Below the pieces are notes generated by a model. The model saw nothing but the letters and a program-made list of their open reading frames with translations. It was not told the origin of the DNA and did not search any database. Positions 7,070 through 14,218 of a DNA stretch of 33,259 nt are shown here, piece after piece; positions within the stretch are counted from its first letter, which is position 1, and the number at the start of each line of letters is the position of its first letter. The DNA lies in IMG/VR virus record IMGVR_UViG_3300045988_058170, positions 1 to 33,259 of that record; one strand, 5' to 3'. This DNA is from a virus. Both the position numbers and the translations under genes were made by a program.

Positions 7070-9321
7070 GCGGTTTCCTTCACGCTCTGCCAGATGCGTT
7101 CGATTTCAGTGTCTCCAAGCCCGCTGACGTGGCCGCGGAGCATGAGTTCGTCGTGGATGTTGGCTTCGTTGTCCTCATGGTTGTGGAGGCGTCCCCAAGC
7201 CCAACGGTAGAGCGTGTCGTTGCGGCGTCCTTCGGGCACTGGCGTGAGGTCTGGCCTTCCGTTGCGCGGCGCGTCCGTCTTGACGGTGGTCGGCTTTGGC
7301 ATGGGCTTGACGCCGTACCCGTGTTCGACGAGCCAGTTGAGGAGTGCGAGCGGCGCTTCCTGCACGTCGGTTTCGTCGCCTACCAGCTGGTAGAAGCCGA
7401 TGCCGTCGATGTTGGAGCCTGCTCCGAGCACGTATCCACGTCCGTCCACCTTCACGTCGACGGGGATGCCGTCCGCATGGTTCGTGTTCTTCAGCTTGCC
7501 TGTCCAGCCTTCGGGAAGCCTGTAGTAGGCGTGGATGCCGCCATGTGTCGGCGTATGCACCATGAGGGTCGGCGCGAGCATGGGTCGGAGGATGTCGTAT
7601 CCGTGGCGGCTGTGGTCGTCCTTGGGCGCGTCCATGTCGATGATGATGTTGCCGGGCTGTGGGATGACCGCGTACACGTCTCCTTGGCCGATTTCCACAA
7701 TGTCTTCCTGCTTGCCGTTCTTCCAATTGCGGATGGCTTTCGGATTGGCCGGGTCGGTCGGCTCCTTGTGGAGTTTGAATCCTTCGGGCGCTTTCACGTC
7801 AACCATTTCACCGTATTCGACGAGTCGGCGTTCCATGTCGGTCTGCATTTCGGGTACGGGCAGGTCTTCGAGCAGTGGGAGCTGGCTTTCGTCCAACTCC
7901 TGCTCGTAGCGTTCGCGGTAGGGGGCGAACCGGTCTTCGTCGATGACGACGCGCACGGAGCATACCTTGCCGTCGATGCGTTTGCTGCGCAGTCCGACGC
8001 CGAGCATCTTGTACGTGTCGCCGCTCGTGTGGCCGACGTATGGGCAGAGGCGCGTGTCGGCGTATCCGTTCTCGCAGATTTCGTTGACAATCCACATGGC
8101 GCGTTCGTCGAGTTCCTGCTCGCTGTCGTTGAAGCTGATATCGCGGTGAATGTCGTCGTCCAACGGCTTGTCGGCCCAGAGGATGGCGCTCGCGAGCATA
8201 AACGGGGTCATGCCGTACTGGTCGATGAAGTCGGCGAGCGGCTGCATCTGCTGCGGGGTTTTGCGTCCTGCGAACATGACGGGGACGAGGCGGCGCATGT
8301 TGGCGTCGCCGTTGCTGGTCGCCAATGGATGGTTGCTTGCGATGACGAGCGTGGCCTGCGAGCGCACGTTGACGCTGTTGCGGCCTACGCCGCGGGCGTG
8401 GATGGTGTCGCCGGTGGCGATGCGTTTGATGATGCCCATGTCCTTGTCGGTGAGCATGTCGCCTTCCTCGTCATACACCCAGTAGCGTCCGTCGAGTTTC
8501 AACGCTTCGTTGCCGCTTTCGAACACGCTGGGCGAGTTGAGGGCTTTGATGCCGATGCCGCCAGCCTTGTCCGGGTAGGCGTCTCCCAAGCGTCCGAGGA
8601 GGAAGCTTTTGCCGTCGCCGCCGTGTCCGTAGAACACGTAGAAGAGGTGCTTGTAGGGTTCGAGGAATGGGGTGGCGAACATGCGGAGGAGGTTTTCGCG
8701 GCTTGCGTCGTCTGCGGTGAGTTGGTCGATGAACTTGTTGGCCTGTTCGACGAGCTGCGCGGTTTTCTTGCTGTCGTTCAGCCATGGGCTGTTGTCCACG
8801 TACAGGTATGCGCCGTTTTCGTCGGCCTCTTCGACCGTGACGGCGTGTTTGCCTTGCGGGCGGAAGGCGGTGTGGCCGAACAGCATGCCGCGTGTGAGGC
8901 GGGGGAGTTTGAGCGTTTCGGCCCGGAACATGGGTTCGAGGTTGCGGACGGCGTGGTTTCCGGTGGGGAAGCCGAATTCTTCGGACAGGCTGCTGATTGG
9001 ATGCCACGTGTTGGGCATGTCGCCGCCGAGCCAGTTGGTGTCGCGGGCGTACATGGTGTCGCCGTCTTCGCTGAGGCGCAGGTCGCCGTTTCTGAGCGAC
9101 CAGAAGGCGTCGTAGTAGGCGTCGTCCCAGCGTGGCTTGCCGGTGCTGTCCATGACGGGCATGGCGATGGTTTGGAGTCGCGCGTCGGTGAACGTGTATG
9201 CGCTGGTCTGCGCGGCCATGGTGAGGCCGTTGACTTCCCGTGCGAGGCCGTTGGGGATGTTCCTGTATGGCCTGATGTCGAGTGTGGGTGGGTCTTGCGG
9301 CTTGTGGAAGGTGTGGCTCAT
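7066..9321 (-). CDS. SF3 (D5/P4-type) helicase fused to an AEP primase-polymerase and a PriCT-1-like tail
   Basis: Start is MSHTFHKPQ at ATG 9321 with an AGGAGAAG SD. Walker A YGHGGDGKS, Walker B YWVYDEEGD, VIASN. C-terminal half: IIIDMDAP (DxD), THGGIHAYY (sxH), VDVKVDGRGYVLGAGS, then EGRRNDTLYRWAWG. Confidence 0.88.
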   Translation of the reverse strand: MSHTFHKPQDPPTLDIRPYRNIPNGLAREVNGLTMAAQTSAYTFTDARLQTIAMPVMDSTGKPRWDDAYYDAFWSLRNGDLRLSEDGDTMYARDTNWLGGDMPNTWHPISSLSEEFGFPTGNHAVRNLEPMFRAETLKLPRLTRGMLFGHTAFRPQGKHAVTVEEADENGAYLYVDNSPWLNDSKKTAQLVEQANKFIDQLTADDASRENLLRMFATPFLEPYKHLFYVFYGHGGDGKSFLLGRLGDAYPDKAGGIGIKALNSPSVFESGNEALKLDGRYWVYDEEGDMLTDKDMGIIKRIATGDTIHARGVGRNSVNVRSQATLVIASNHPLATSNGDANMRRLVPVMFAGRKTPQQMQPLADFIDQYGMTPFMLASAILWADKPLDDDIHRDISFNDSEQELDERAMWIVNEICENGYADTRLCPYVGHTSGDTYKMLGVGLRSKRIDGKVCSVRVVIDEDRFAPYRERYEQELDESQLPLLEDLPVPEMQTDMERRLVEYGEMVDVKAPEGFKLHKEPTDPANPKAIRNWKNGKQEDIVEIGQGDVYAVIPQPGNIIIDMDAPKDDHSRHGYDILRPMLAPTLMVHTPTHGGIHAYYRLPEGWTGKLKNTNHADGIPVDVKVDGRGYVLGAGSNIDGIGFYQLVGDETDVQEAPLALLNWLVEHGYGVKPMPKPTTVKTDAPRNGRPDLTPVPEGRRNDTLYRWAWGRLHNHEDNEANIHDELMLRGHVSGLGDTEIERIWQSVKETA

Positions 9322-9423
9322 GGTCTTCTCCTGTGGTATAGTTGATTTCAACAGGTTCAATCCTAGCACACTCGCTAAGAGCCTCATCCTACAGCGTGTC
9401 GGAAATCGTTGGTTTCCACAGGA

Positions 9424-9595
9424 AATGTAGGATGTAGGAGATGTAAGCGGGTGTTCTGGGATTTTTTTTTGCACTTTTTCGACTCGACTCGACATCCGCA
9501 CCCCGACGGCGGTACGCGCGCGCGCACGCGTATATATATAAATAGTCCCAAAAAAAACCCATATACCCCTATTACCTACACCTACATCCTACATT
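9424..9595. repeat. Nested inverted repeats enclosing homopolymer, pentamer and alternating tracts (origin-like element)
   Basis: The outer 15-bp perfect inverted repeat is aatgtaggatgtagg (9424-9438) with cctacatcctacatt (9581-9595). The inner pair is ggg-a-T9 (9458-9470) with A8-ccc (9550-9560). The centre holds tcgac x3 (9479-9493) and the 28-nt YR tract. Confidence 0.8.
9513..9540. repeat. 28-nt perfectly alternating pyrimidine-purine tract (tacgcgcgcgcgcacgcgtatatatata)
   Basis: Read directly. (CG)n merges into (TA)5, so it is Z-DNA-prone and easily unwound. Confidence 0.9.
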
Positions 9596-9631
9596 CATTG
9601 GGGTTTGGGAGGGTTATCCTCGTGCGCGCGC

Positions 9632-9660
9632 GTGATACACCACGACATGCCAAAAGTCAA
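9632..9660 (-). promoter_or_regulatory. Weak candidate promoter facing the helicase-primase operon
   Basis: Minus strand reads TTGACT (9660-9655), 17 nt, then TATCAC (9637-9632). The -10 is poor. Confidence 0.2.
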
Positions 9661-10266
9661 GAAAATGTGCCACTGATTTTGTGTCAAACTCGCCGAAGTC
9701 GTCACAATTCCTTCACAGAATTTATTGCCCCTAACTTGAGTTGCCCAACAGGCTCAGCGTTGGAAATCCGCCAAAACCAAGACATGTTCGCAAATCACCG
9801 GCGCGAGCGCCGCGTTCCACAGTCCATCCCACCACACACATGGTCGCGGTTGACCTACCACCTCCCGGAATCGTTGGAACGACGCTGTAACAACGGCATC
9901 CAGCAATGGCCGCACGGAATGATTTCCTGAGGTCGGGAAATCATCCCCATGGCTGCACGTAAGCGAGCCGCCGTGTCCACCATGGTCGCCATCGCACGGG
10001 CCTTCGGAAGACGGCCATACTCGCCATGGCCGCAGCTGCCGGAGGCGTGGATTCAAATAAAGGCGTCTCTGAGAGCCTTTCAGTGCTGGAAGGTAAAAGT
10101 ATTAGGGTTCTGCATGAAAGCCAGTCCAAGGCCCCAAAGAATGGCTCTCAGATGGTTCCATTTCCGGTTTGCCCTCGTCGGCGCAATTGGCAAGGCGTGC
10201 GGTGAGGCCTCGGGCGTGTCGGTTTTCGGCACCCCCCCCTGTGGGTGGTGGGTCTCTCCCCCTGAT

Positions 10267-10282
10267 ATTGAAAACCGTTCTC
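10267..10282 (+). repeat. 16-bp direct repeat attgaAaaccgttctc; second copy attgaGaaccgttctc at 10403-10418
   Basis: 15/16 identical. The two copies bracket the 17-bp iteron array. Confidence 0.8.
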
Positions 10283-10310
10283 GTTTATTGTCGTCGGCGT
10301 CCTGGCGTCT

Positions 10311-10395
10311 GCCGCGTTCATGTGTTAACGTGGTTAATCCATTAACCGTGTTCATCCATTGACGCGGTTCATTTGTTAACGCGGTTCATGTGTGT
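10311..10395 (+). repeat. Five tandem degenerate 17-bp repeats (iteron/operator array)
   Basis: Units are gccgcgttcatgtgtta, acgtggttaatccatta, accgtgttcatccattg, acgcggttcatttgtta and acgcggttcatgtgtgt. The array contains the palindrome ggttaat-cc-attaacc and two GTTAAC sites. It ends 36 nt before the P1 -35. Confidence 0.8.
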
Positions 10396-10431
10396 TGTTG
10401 GTATTGAGAACCGTTCTCACGACACGCCGAC

Positions 10432-10460
10432 TTGACACTGTTGGTCACGTCTGGTATATT
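10432..10460 (+). promoter_or_regulatory. Early promoter P1
   Basis: TTGACA (10432-10437), 17 nt, TATATT (10455-10460). Preceded by cgacacgccgac. Confidence 0.75.
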
Positions 10461-10487
10461 GAAAGTATCAACCAAGGAGGTAATGAA

Positions 10488-10658
10488 ATGCATAAGACAC
10501 TGAGCGGCAAAGGTTACGTCAAGGACGGTGAGGGGGTGTTCATCACCTCGGCGGGGGAGGTCTACGCCTACCGCGACGGTGAACTCACGCCACTGACCGT
10601 CACCGAAGACCCAAAGGGGTACGCCGACCTTGAAAGCAGCTGGGCGTCAATCGCCTGA
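10488..10658 (+). CDS. Immediate-early small protein (56 aa), unknown function
   Basis: AAGGAGG lies 7 nt before ATG 10488. The track's 10392 start lies upstream of the promoter. Confidence 0.65.
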   Translation: MHKTLSGKGYVKDGEGVFITSAGEVYAYRDGELTPLTVTEDPKGYADLESSWASIA

Positions 10659-10765
10659 GCGCAGGTGGGGCGGCACCCTCGACAAGGCGGGGTGTCGCTC
10701 CATTGCAGACACGCCTGGGCGGCGCTCAATGGCGAGAGCCGTCACACCGACCGCGACACGCCGAC

Positions 10766-10794
10766 TTGACGCATAACGTCACGTCCGGTATATT
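10766..10794 (+). promoter_or_regulatory. Early promoter P2 (duplicate of the P1 cassette)
   Basis: TTGACG, 17 nt, TATATT. About 60 bp including the leader (gtcacgtcYggtatattgRaagYatcaaccaa) is shared with P1. Confidence 0.75.
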
Positions 10795-10828
10795 GGAAGC
10801 ATCAACCAAAACACAAGGAGTGATTAAA

Positions 10829-11209
10829 ATGAGTGAATACATCGGAACGTTCGAACTCCAGCCGACATACGACGGGCGCAAGTCCTTCTACGGCAAGGCC
10901 GTCGTAGAACGGTGGGACACCGCAAAAGGCATGATTTACGTGCTCAGGTCATACGGTACCACGGTGGCCGTGGTCACGCCGACAAGCGATTGGGGCGCGG
11001 TGCCCGAGACCTATGAGGTCAAGGTGGCCATGGGACTTCTGAGCGCCACGACATTGCGCCACGTCAAGGAATTCCTTGCGCAGACTGATGACGTTTTCCG
11101 TGGAATCACCCTACCTTGGCTGCGCAAGGCCGTCAAGGACGGACGGCAGATTGACGGGGCCGTGCGTGAGCCGGTATGCCGCAAAACGTTCGTCATGGCC
11201 GAGCTATGA
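10829..11209 (+). CDS. Early protein (126 aa), unknown function
   Basis: AAGGAG SD before ATG 10829. Sequence MSEYIGTFELQPTYDGRKSFYGKAVV...SYGTTVAV...SATTLRHVKEFL. Confidence 0.7.
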   Translation: MSEYIGTFELQPTYDGRKSFYGKAVVERWDTAKGMIYVLRSYGTTVAVVTPTSDWGAVPETYEVKVAMGLLSATTLRHVKEFLAQTDDVFRGITLPWLRKAVKDGRQIDGAVREPVCRKTFVMAEL

Positions 11210-11250
11210 CACCATCCCCCGGCGTGATGGCGAAATGCGACACGCCGGGA

Positions 11251-11279
11251 TTGACAACAGAATACCAAAATGATATATT
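11251..11279 (+). promoter_or_regulatory. Early promoter P3 (extended -10)
   Basis: TTGACA (11251-11256), 17 nt, TATATT (11274-11279) with TG at 11271-11272. Preceded by cgacacgccggga. Confidence 0.7.
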
Positions 11280-11307
11280 AAAGCCATAGAAACAAGAGGA
11301 GGCAGCA

Positions 11308-11535
11308 ATGCAACGGCAAACATTCATCGACAACATGAAGGAGCGCGGATACAGCATATCCGCCACCATCAACGGCAACATAAGGGCAACCAAAGAGGAT
11401 ATCACGGTACGATTGGTGCCGCTCGCCAATTACGGTGTTCACATCGACACGCCAACCGTCACCGCGATAACCGCAAAGGACGCGACGGACGCCGAAACGC
11501 TACGAATCATCGACACCCTGACCATCCAGCCCTGA
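11308..11535 (+). CDS. Early protein (75 aa), unknown function
   Basis: AGAGGAGG SD before ATG 11308. Confidence 0.65.
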   Translation: MQRQTFIDNMKERGYSISATINGNIRATKEDITVRLVPLANYGVHIDTPTVTAITAKDATDAETLRIIDTLTIQP

Positions 11536-11602
11536 CAGCATACATGCGGGTGCAAGTCCCGCAAGGGCACGAAAAAAGCCATCTATTAAGGAAGTGGTAA
11601 CA

Positions 11603-13207
11603 ATGGCTGACAGAATCGCAATCCTTGGCGGCGAACCGTATGCCGAGTGGATAGACTGCAGCGGCACACCGCAGTATCTCTTCAAAACATACCGCGACAG
11701 GTGGCCGGACGGCACGGCAGAGTGTGTCGCAATCGGCGATGAATTCTACATCCGAACTCAGGACGGTGAAATGCGCCGCGTCTACGACGACACGGATTTT
11801 GAAGACGAAACCGCATGGTGCGCGCAATGCGGAACACCACTCGCACCAAACAGCGTCCACTATGATTGTGAAGCCTACGGTTGTGACGCAATCCTCTGTG
11901 AAACGTGTGAGGGAACTTCCGAAGGCGATCGCCACTACTGCCCGCGTCACCGCGGTGACGAACTTCTTAGGTCACCAATGGAAGCCGAGTACACCTACCC
12001 GTACGCCTTCGGCGACGGTGACCAGTTCACTTTCGGCGTGGAGATCGAGATGGAATCCGAGCTTGGTTCCGACTTTGCAAAAGACATTGCGGAATCGAAC
12101 CTTATTGCCGGTTGGGACAATGACCAATCGTTGGAGCACAACGGCATCGAACTGCAAAGCAACATTCTCACCATGGCCAATCTCCCAGCCCTACGGGAGC
12201 TTATCAAACACATCCCCGACTACGGTGAGAACGCGGGCGGTCACATCCACGTTGCACGCACCACCAACCAGTGCGCTAGCCGTTGGTATTGGGCGCTGCG
12301 CGGACTGGATGGAGCGCAGTGCGAGCGCCTCAACATGCGCCACCTGTCCGATGATTATTGGTGCGAACTCAAACATGGCGAGTACAGCGGCAAACACACG
12401 GCAGTGAATGACGAACACGTTGACACTATCGAGCTGCGCACGTTCGACTGCTGGTATGCGGGTAGCGCCGATAGGTTTGAACCGGCGGTCAAGTGGATTC
12501 GCGCCATGTGGCGGTTTTTCGAAAAACACCCCCGCGGCACCATTGGCGCGGACACTATCGAGCGGTACGCCGCATGCATGGCCGACAATGTGGTTGACAC
12601 GCCCCGCCTCACCCTTGGGGAGCGGCGTGCGGCAGCGCACCGCGCAGCAGCCGCCCGTAAAGCCGAAGAGGAGCGGGAGCGTAAGGAGCGCGCCAAGGCA
12701 ATCCGCCGCAACGTGGAAGCCAATGTCAGGGCTTCACGTCGTGCGCGTGCAAGCCATGGCGACACGCTCCGTGCACGCCAGTCATGGCTGGACAATCAGC
12801 GTCGACGCGCAATCCGTCGCAAGGGCATCGAGAAGTGTCTCACCGACACCGCATACCCCTACGCTTTTCCGTCTCGCAACCTACAGCCATTGCACATCTA
12901 TCTTAGGTGCGCAACGAAAATGATTGTGGATCATGGCGAGTCGTACCGTAGCTTGGAACGGTTCCGTATCTACCATGCCGCCGGTGGCGAGTCGATATGG
13001 GATGGTTTCGATTATTCGTGTCGCAGCCGCGCTAATGCTCAATGGATTCTTGATAACATTTTGCGCAGCCGCAAGGCGCGCGCCTCCCACGGCAAGCCAA
13101 CCGTGGAATCGCTGGAACGCACCGCATTGCGCCTGTACAAGCGTGCTGGACGCCCCGAACTGTGTGCGCGCTACGCGCAGATTCGCGAGAATATCGCCAA
13201 CGCCTGA
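11603..13207 (+). CDS. Amidoligase_2-family (glutamine-synthetase-fold) enzyme with an N-terminal Cys-rich region and an Arg-rich C-terminal extension
   Basis: Core motifs FGVEIEME...DQSLEHNGIELQS...AGGHIHV...DTIELRTFD match the phage 'putative amidoligase' signature. N-terminus has CAQCGTP..CETCEG..YCPRH. The C-terminal ~200 aa is Arg-rich and helical. Confidence 0.75.
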   Translation: MADRIAILGGEPYAEWIDCSGTPQYLFKTYRDRWPDGTAECVAIGDEFYIRTQDGEMRRVYDDTDFEDETAWCAQCGTPLAPNSVHYDCEAYGCDAILCETCEGTSEGDRHYCPRHRGDELLRSPMEAEYTYPYAFGDGDQFTFGVEIEMESELGSDFAKDIAESNLIAGWDNDQSLEHNGIELQSNILTMANLPALRELIKHIPDYGENAGGHIHVARTTNQCASRWYWALRGLDGAQCERLNMRHLSDDYWCELKHGEYSGKHTAVNDEHVDTIELRTFDCWYAGSADRFEPAVKWIRAMWRFFEKHPRGTIGADTIERYAACMADNVVDTPRLTLGERRAAAHRAAAARKAEEERERKERAKAIRRNVEANVRASRRARASHGDTLRARQSWLDNQRRRAIRRKGIEKCLTDTAYPYAFPSRNLQPLHIYLRCATKMIVDHGESYRSLERFRIYHAAGGESIWDGFDYSCRSRANAQWILDNILRSRKARASHGKPTVESLERTALRLYKRAGRPELCARYAQIRENIANA

Positions 13208-13219
13208 CAACCGATCATC

Positions 13220-13242
13220 GGGGGTGGGAGCGTCCCGCCCCC
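13220..13242 (+). other. GC-rich hairpin between the amidoligase and amidotransferase genes
   Basis: gggggtggga-gcg-tcccgccccc forms 10 bp including one G-U pair. There is no U-tract, so it may be an attenuator, a processing site or an I-shaped terminator. Confidence 0.5.
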
Positions 13243-13265
13243 ACTGTTAGAAAGAGGAAAAACCA

Positions 13266-13766
13266 ATGTGTGTAATCGTAACCGCAGTGCCCGGCGCAAT
13301 GCCGGAACCCGAAGATATTCTCGCCATGAGTGAGACGAACCCGGACGGTGGCGGGGTCAGTTGGTGGGACAGGGAGCGCCTGAGGGTGTTCAAGAACGTT
13401 GACCCGCTGAAGGTGGTGGGATTCATCTACAGCCATTGGGAGCAGCTCAGGCATGCGCCATGCCTGATTCACTTCCGTCTCGCCACGCATGGCGCGGTCG
13501 AGCCGCGCAACTGTCACCCCTTCAGCACCGATAGGGGGTATATCGCGCATAATGGAATCGCATATGAGTACGAAAACGGGCCATACGCTTCCGACTCTCG
13601 CAACATGATTGAAGCGTGGGTCAACAGCGGATACGATAATAGTGTGTTCGACGGTCAGGGTCTAGTGGCTCTCATCACCCCGCATGGTTGCCTGAAATGG
13701 CTGGAGGGCGAGCCGATTGAATACGCGCGCGGTGTGTGGGTTTCCAATATGTTTTGGAACGTCTGA
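13266..13766 (+). CDS. Class-II (Ntn, Cys2 nucleophile) glutamine amidotransferase-like protein
   Basis: Starts MC (MCVIVTA). Also NPDGGG, CLIHFRLATHGAVEPRNCHPF and YIAHNG. AGAGGAAAA SD. Confidence 0.75.
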   Translation: MCVIVTAVPGAMPEPEDILAMSETNPDGGGVSWWDRERLRVFKNVDPLKVVGFIYSHWEQLRHAPCLIHFRLATHGAVEPRNCHPFSTDRGYIAHNGIAYEYENGPYASDSRNMIEAWVNSGYDNSVFDGQGLVALITPHGCLKWLEGEPIEYARGVWVSNMFWNV

Positions 13767-13775
13767 TAGACTTTC

Positions 13776-13806
13776 GGGCGTGTCGCAAGGCACGCCCTGA
13801 TATAAT
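13776..13806 (+). promoter_or_regulatory. 7-bp hairpin followed by an extended -10 element
   Basis: gggcgtg-tcgcaagg-cacgccc (13776-13797) is followed by TGaTATAAT (13798-13806). No clear -35. Confidence 0.4.
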
Positions 13807-13837
13807 AATAAACGAAACCAAAGAAATGAGGTAAACA

Positions 13838-14218
13838 ATGAGTCAGTCAGAATATTTCCGCAATAAGGCTGTGACATATTTGGCTTGCGTATCCGACGTG
13901 GCGCTCAACGCCGGGGTAGACGCGGTAGGCGTCATCGTCGCACTTGATGTCGCACTCCCATACACGCCACGAGACTACATGAACGCACTCACAGCATGGC
14001 TGCAAGGACGATACGACGTATGGCAGAGTCGCATAGACGACTATGAGGCCGACCCAACAGACGAAAAATATGCAACCATAGCCGGACTAGCGCTCAGCGA
14101 ACACACCCCGCACACGCAACAGGATTTCGACGACATCGTGGAAATGGCATATCGCCTCGCAGTAGACGAAACGCTTATCGAAAACGAACTCGAAAAAAGG
14201 AGGAACAATGGCAAATGA
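13838..14218 (+). CDS. Hypothetical acidic protein (126 aa)
   Basis: TGAGGT SD. Asp/Glu-rich C-terminal half. Confidence 0.65.
   Translation: MSQSEYFRNKAVTYLACVSDVALNAGVDAVGVIVALDVALPYTPRDYMNALTAWLQGRYDVWQSRIDDYEADPTDEKYATIAGLALSEHTPHTQQDFDDIVEMAYRLAVDETLIENELEKRRNNGK

Noticed and set aside
6949-9345. 798-aa ORF on the plus strand
   Set aside because: It is exactly antisense to the helicase-primase gene. The translation is Val/Ala/Gly/His-rich with no motifs and no SD. This is the typical long antisense ORF of a GC-rich gene.
9322-9501. N-terminal 60-aa extension of the helicase-primase ORF (track start 9501)
   Set aside because: The extension overlaps the palindromic origin-like element and has no SD. 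ATG 9321 has AGGAGAAG upstream and begins the conserved sequence.
10068-10152. Possible tRNA (10-bp stem closing 65 nt, about tRNA size)
   Set aside because: I tried a cloverleaf. A D-arm would have a 2-nt loop, and there is no GTTCRA T-loop or anticodon-arm geometry on either strand.
9409-10362. Four overlapping ORFs in the control region (173, 100, 137 and 91 aa)
   Set aside because: They have no ribosome-binding sites and some use TTG/GTG starts. Their composition is Trp/Arg/Cys/Pro-rich, they are mutually antisense, and one starts inside the iteron array.
10311-10395. CRISPR-like array
   Set aside because: The 17-bp units are directly abutting and degenerate, with no spacers. This is an iteron/operator array, not CRISPR.
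9392-13786. CGACACGCC as a dispersed operator motif (also seen in inverted orientation at 9392-9402, 10212-10222 and 13776-13786, and inside coding sequence at 11445-11453)
   Set aside because: I could not count its genome-wide frequency by hand, and it also occurs within coding sequence in a GC-rich genome. Only its association with the three early promoters is reported.
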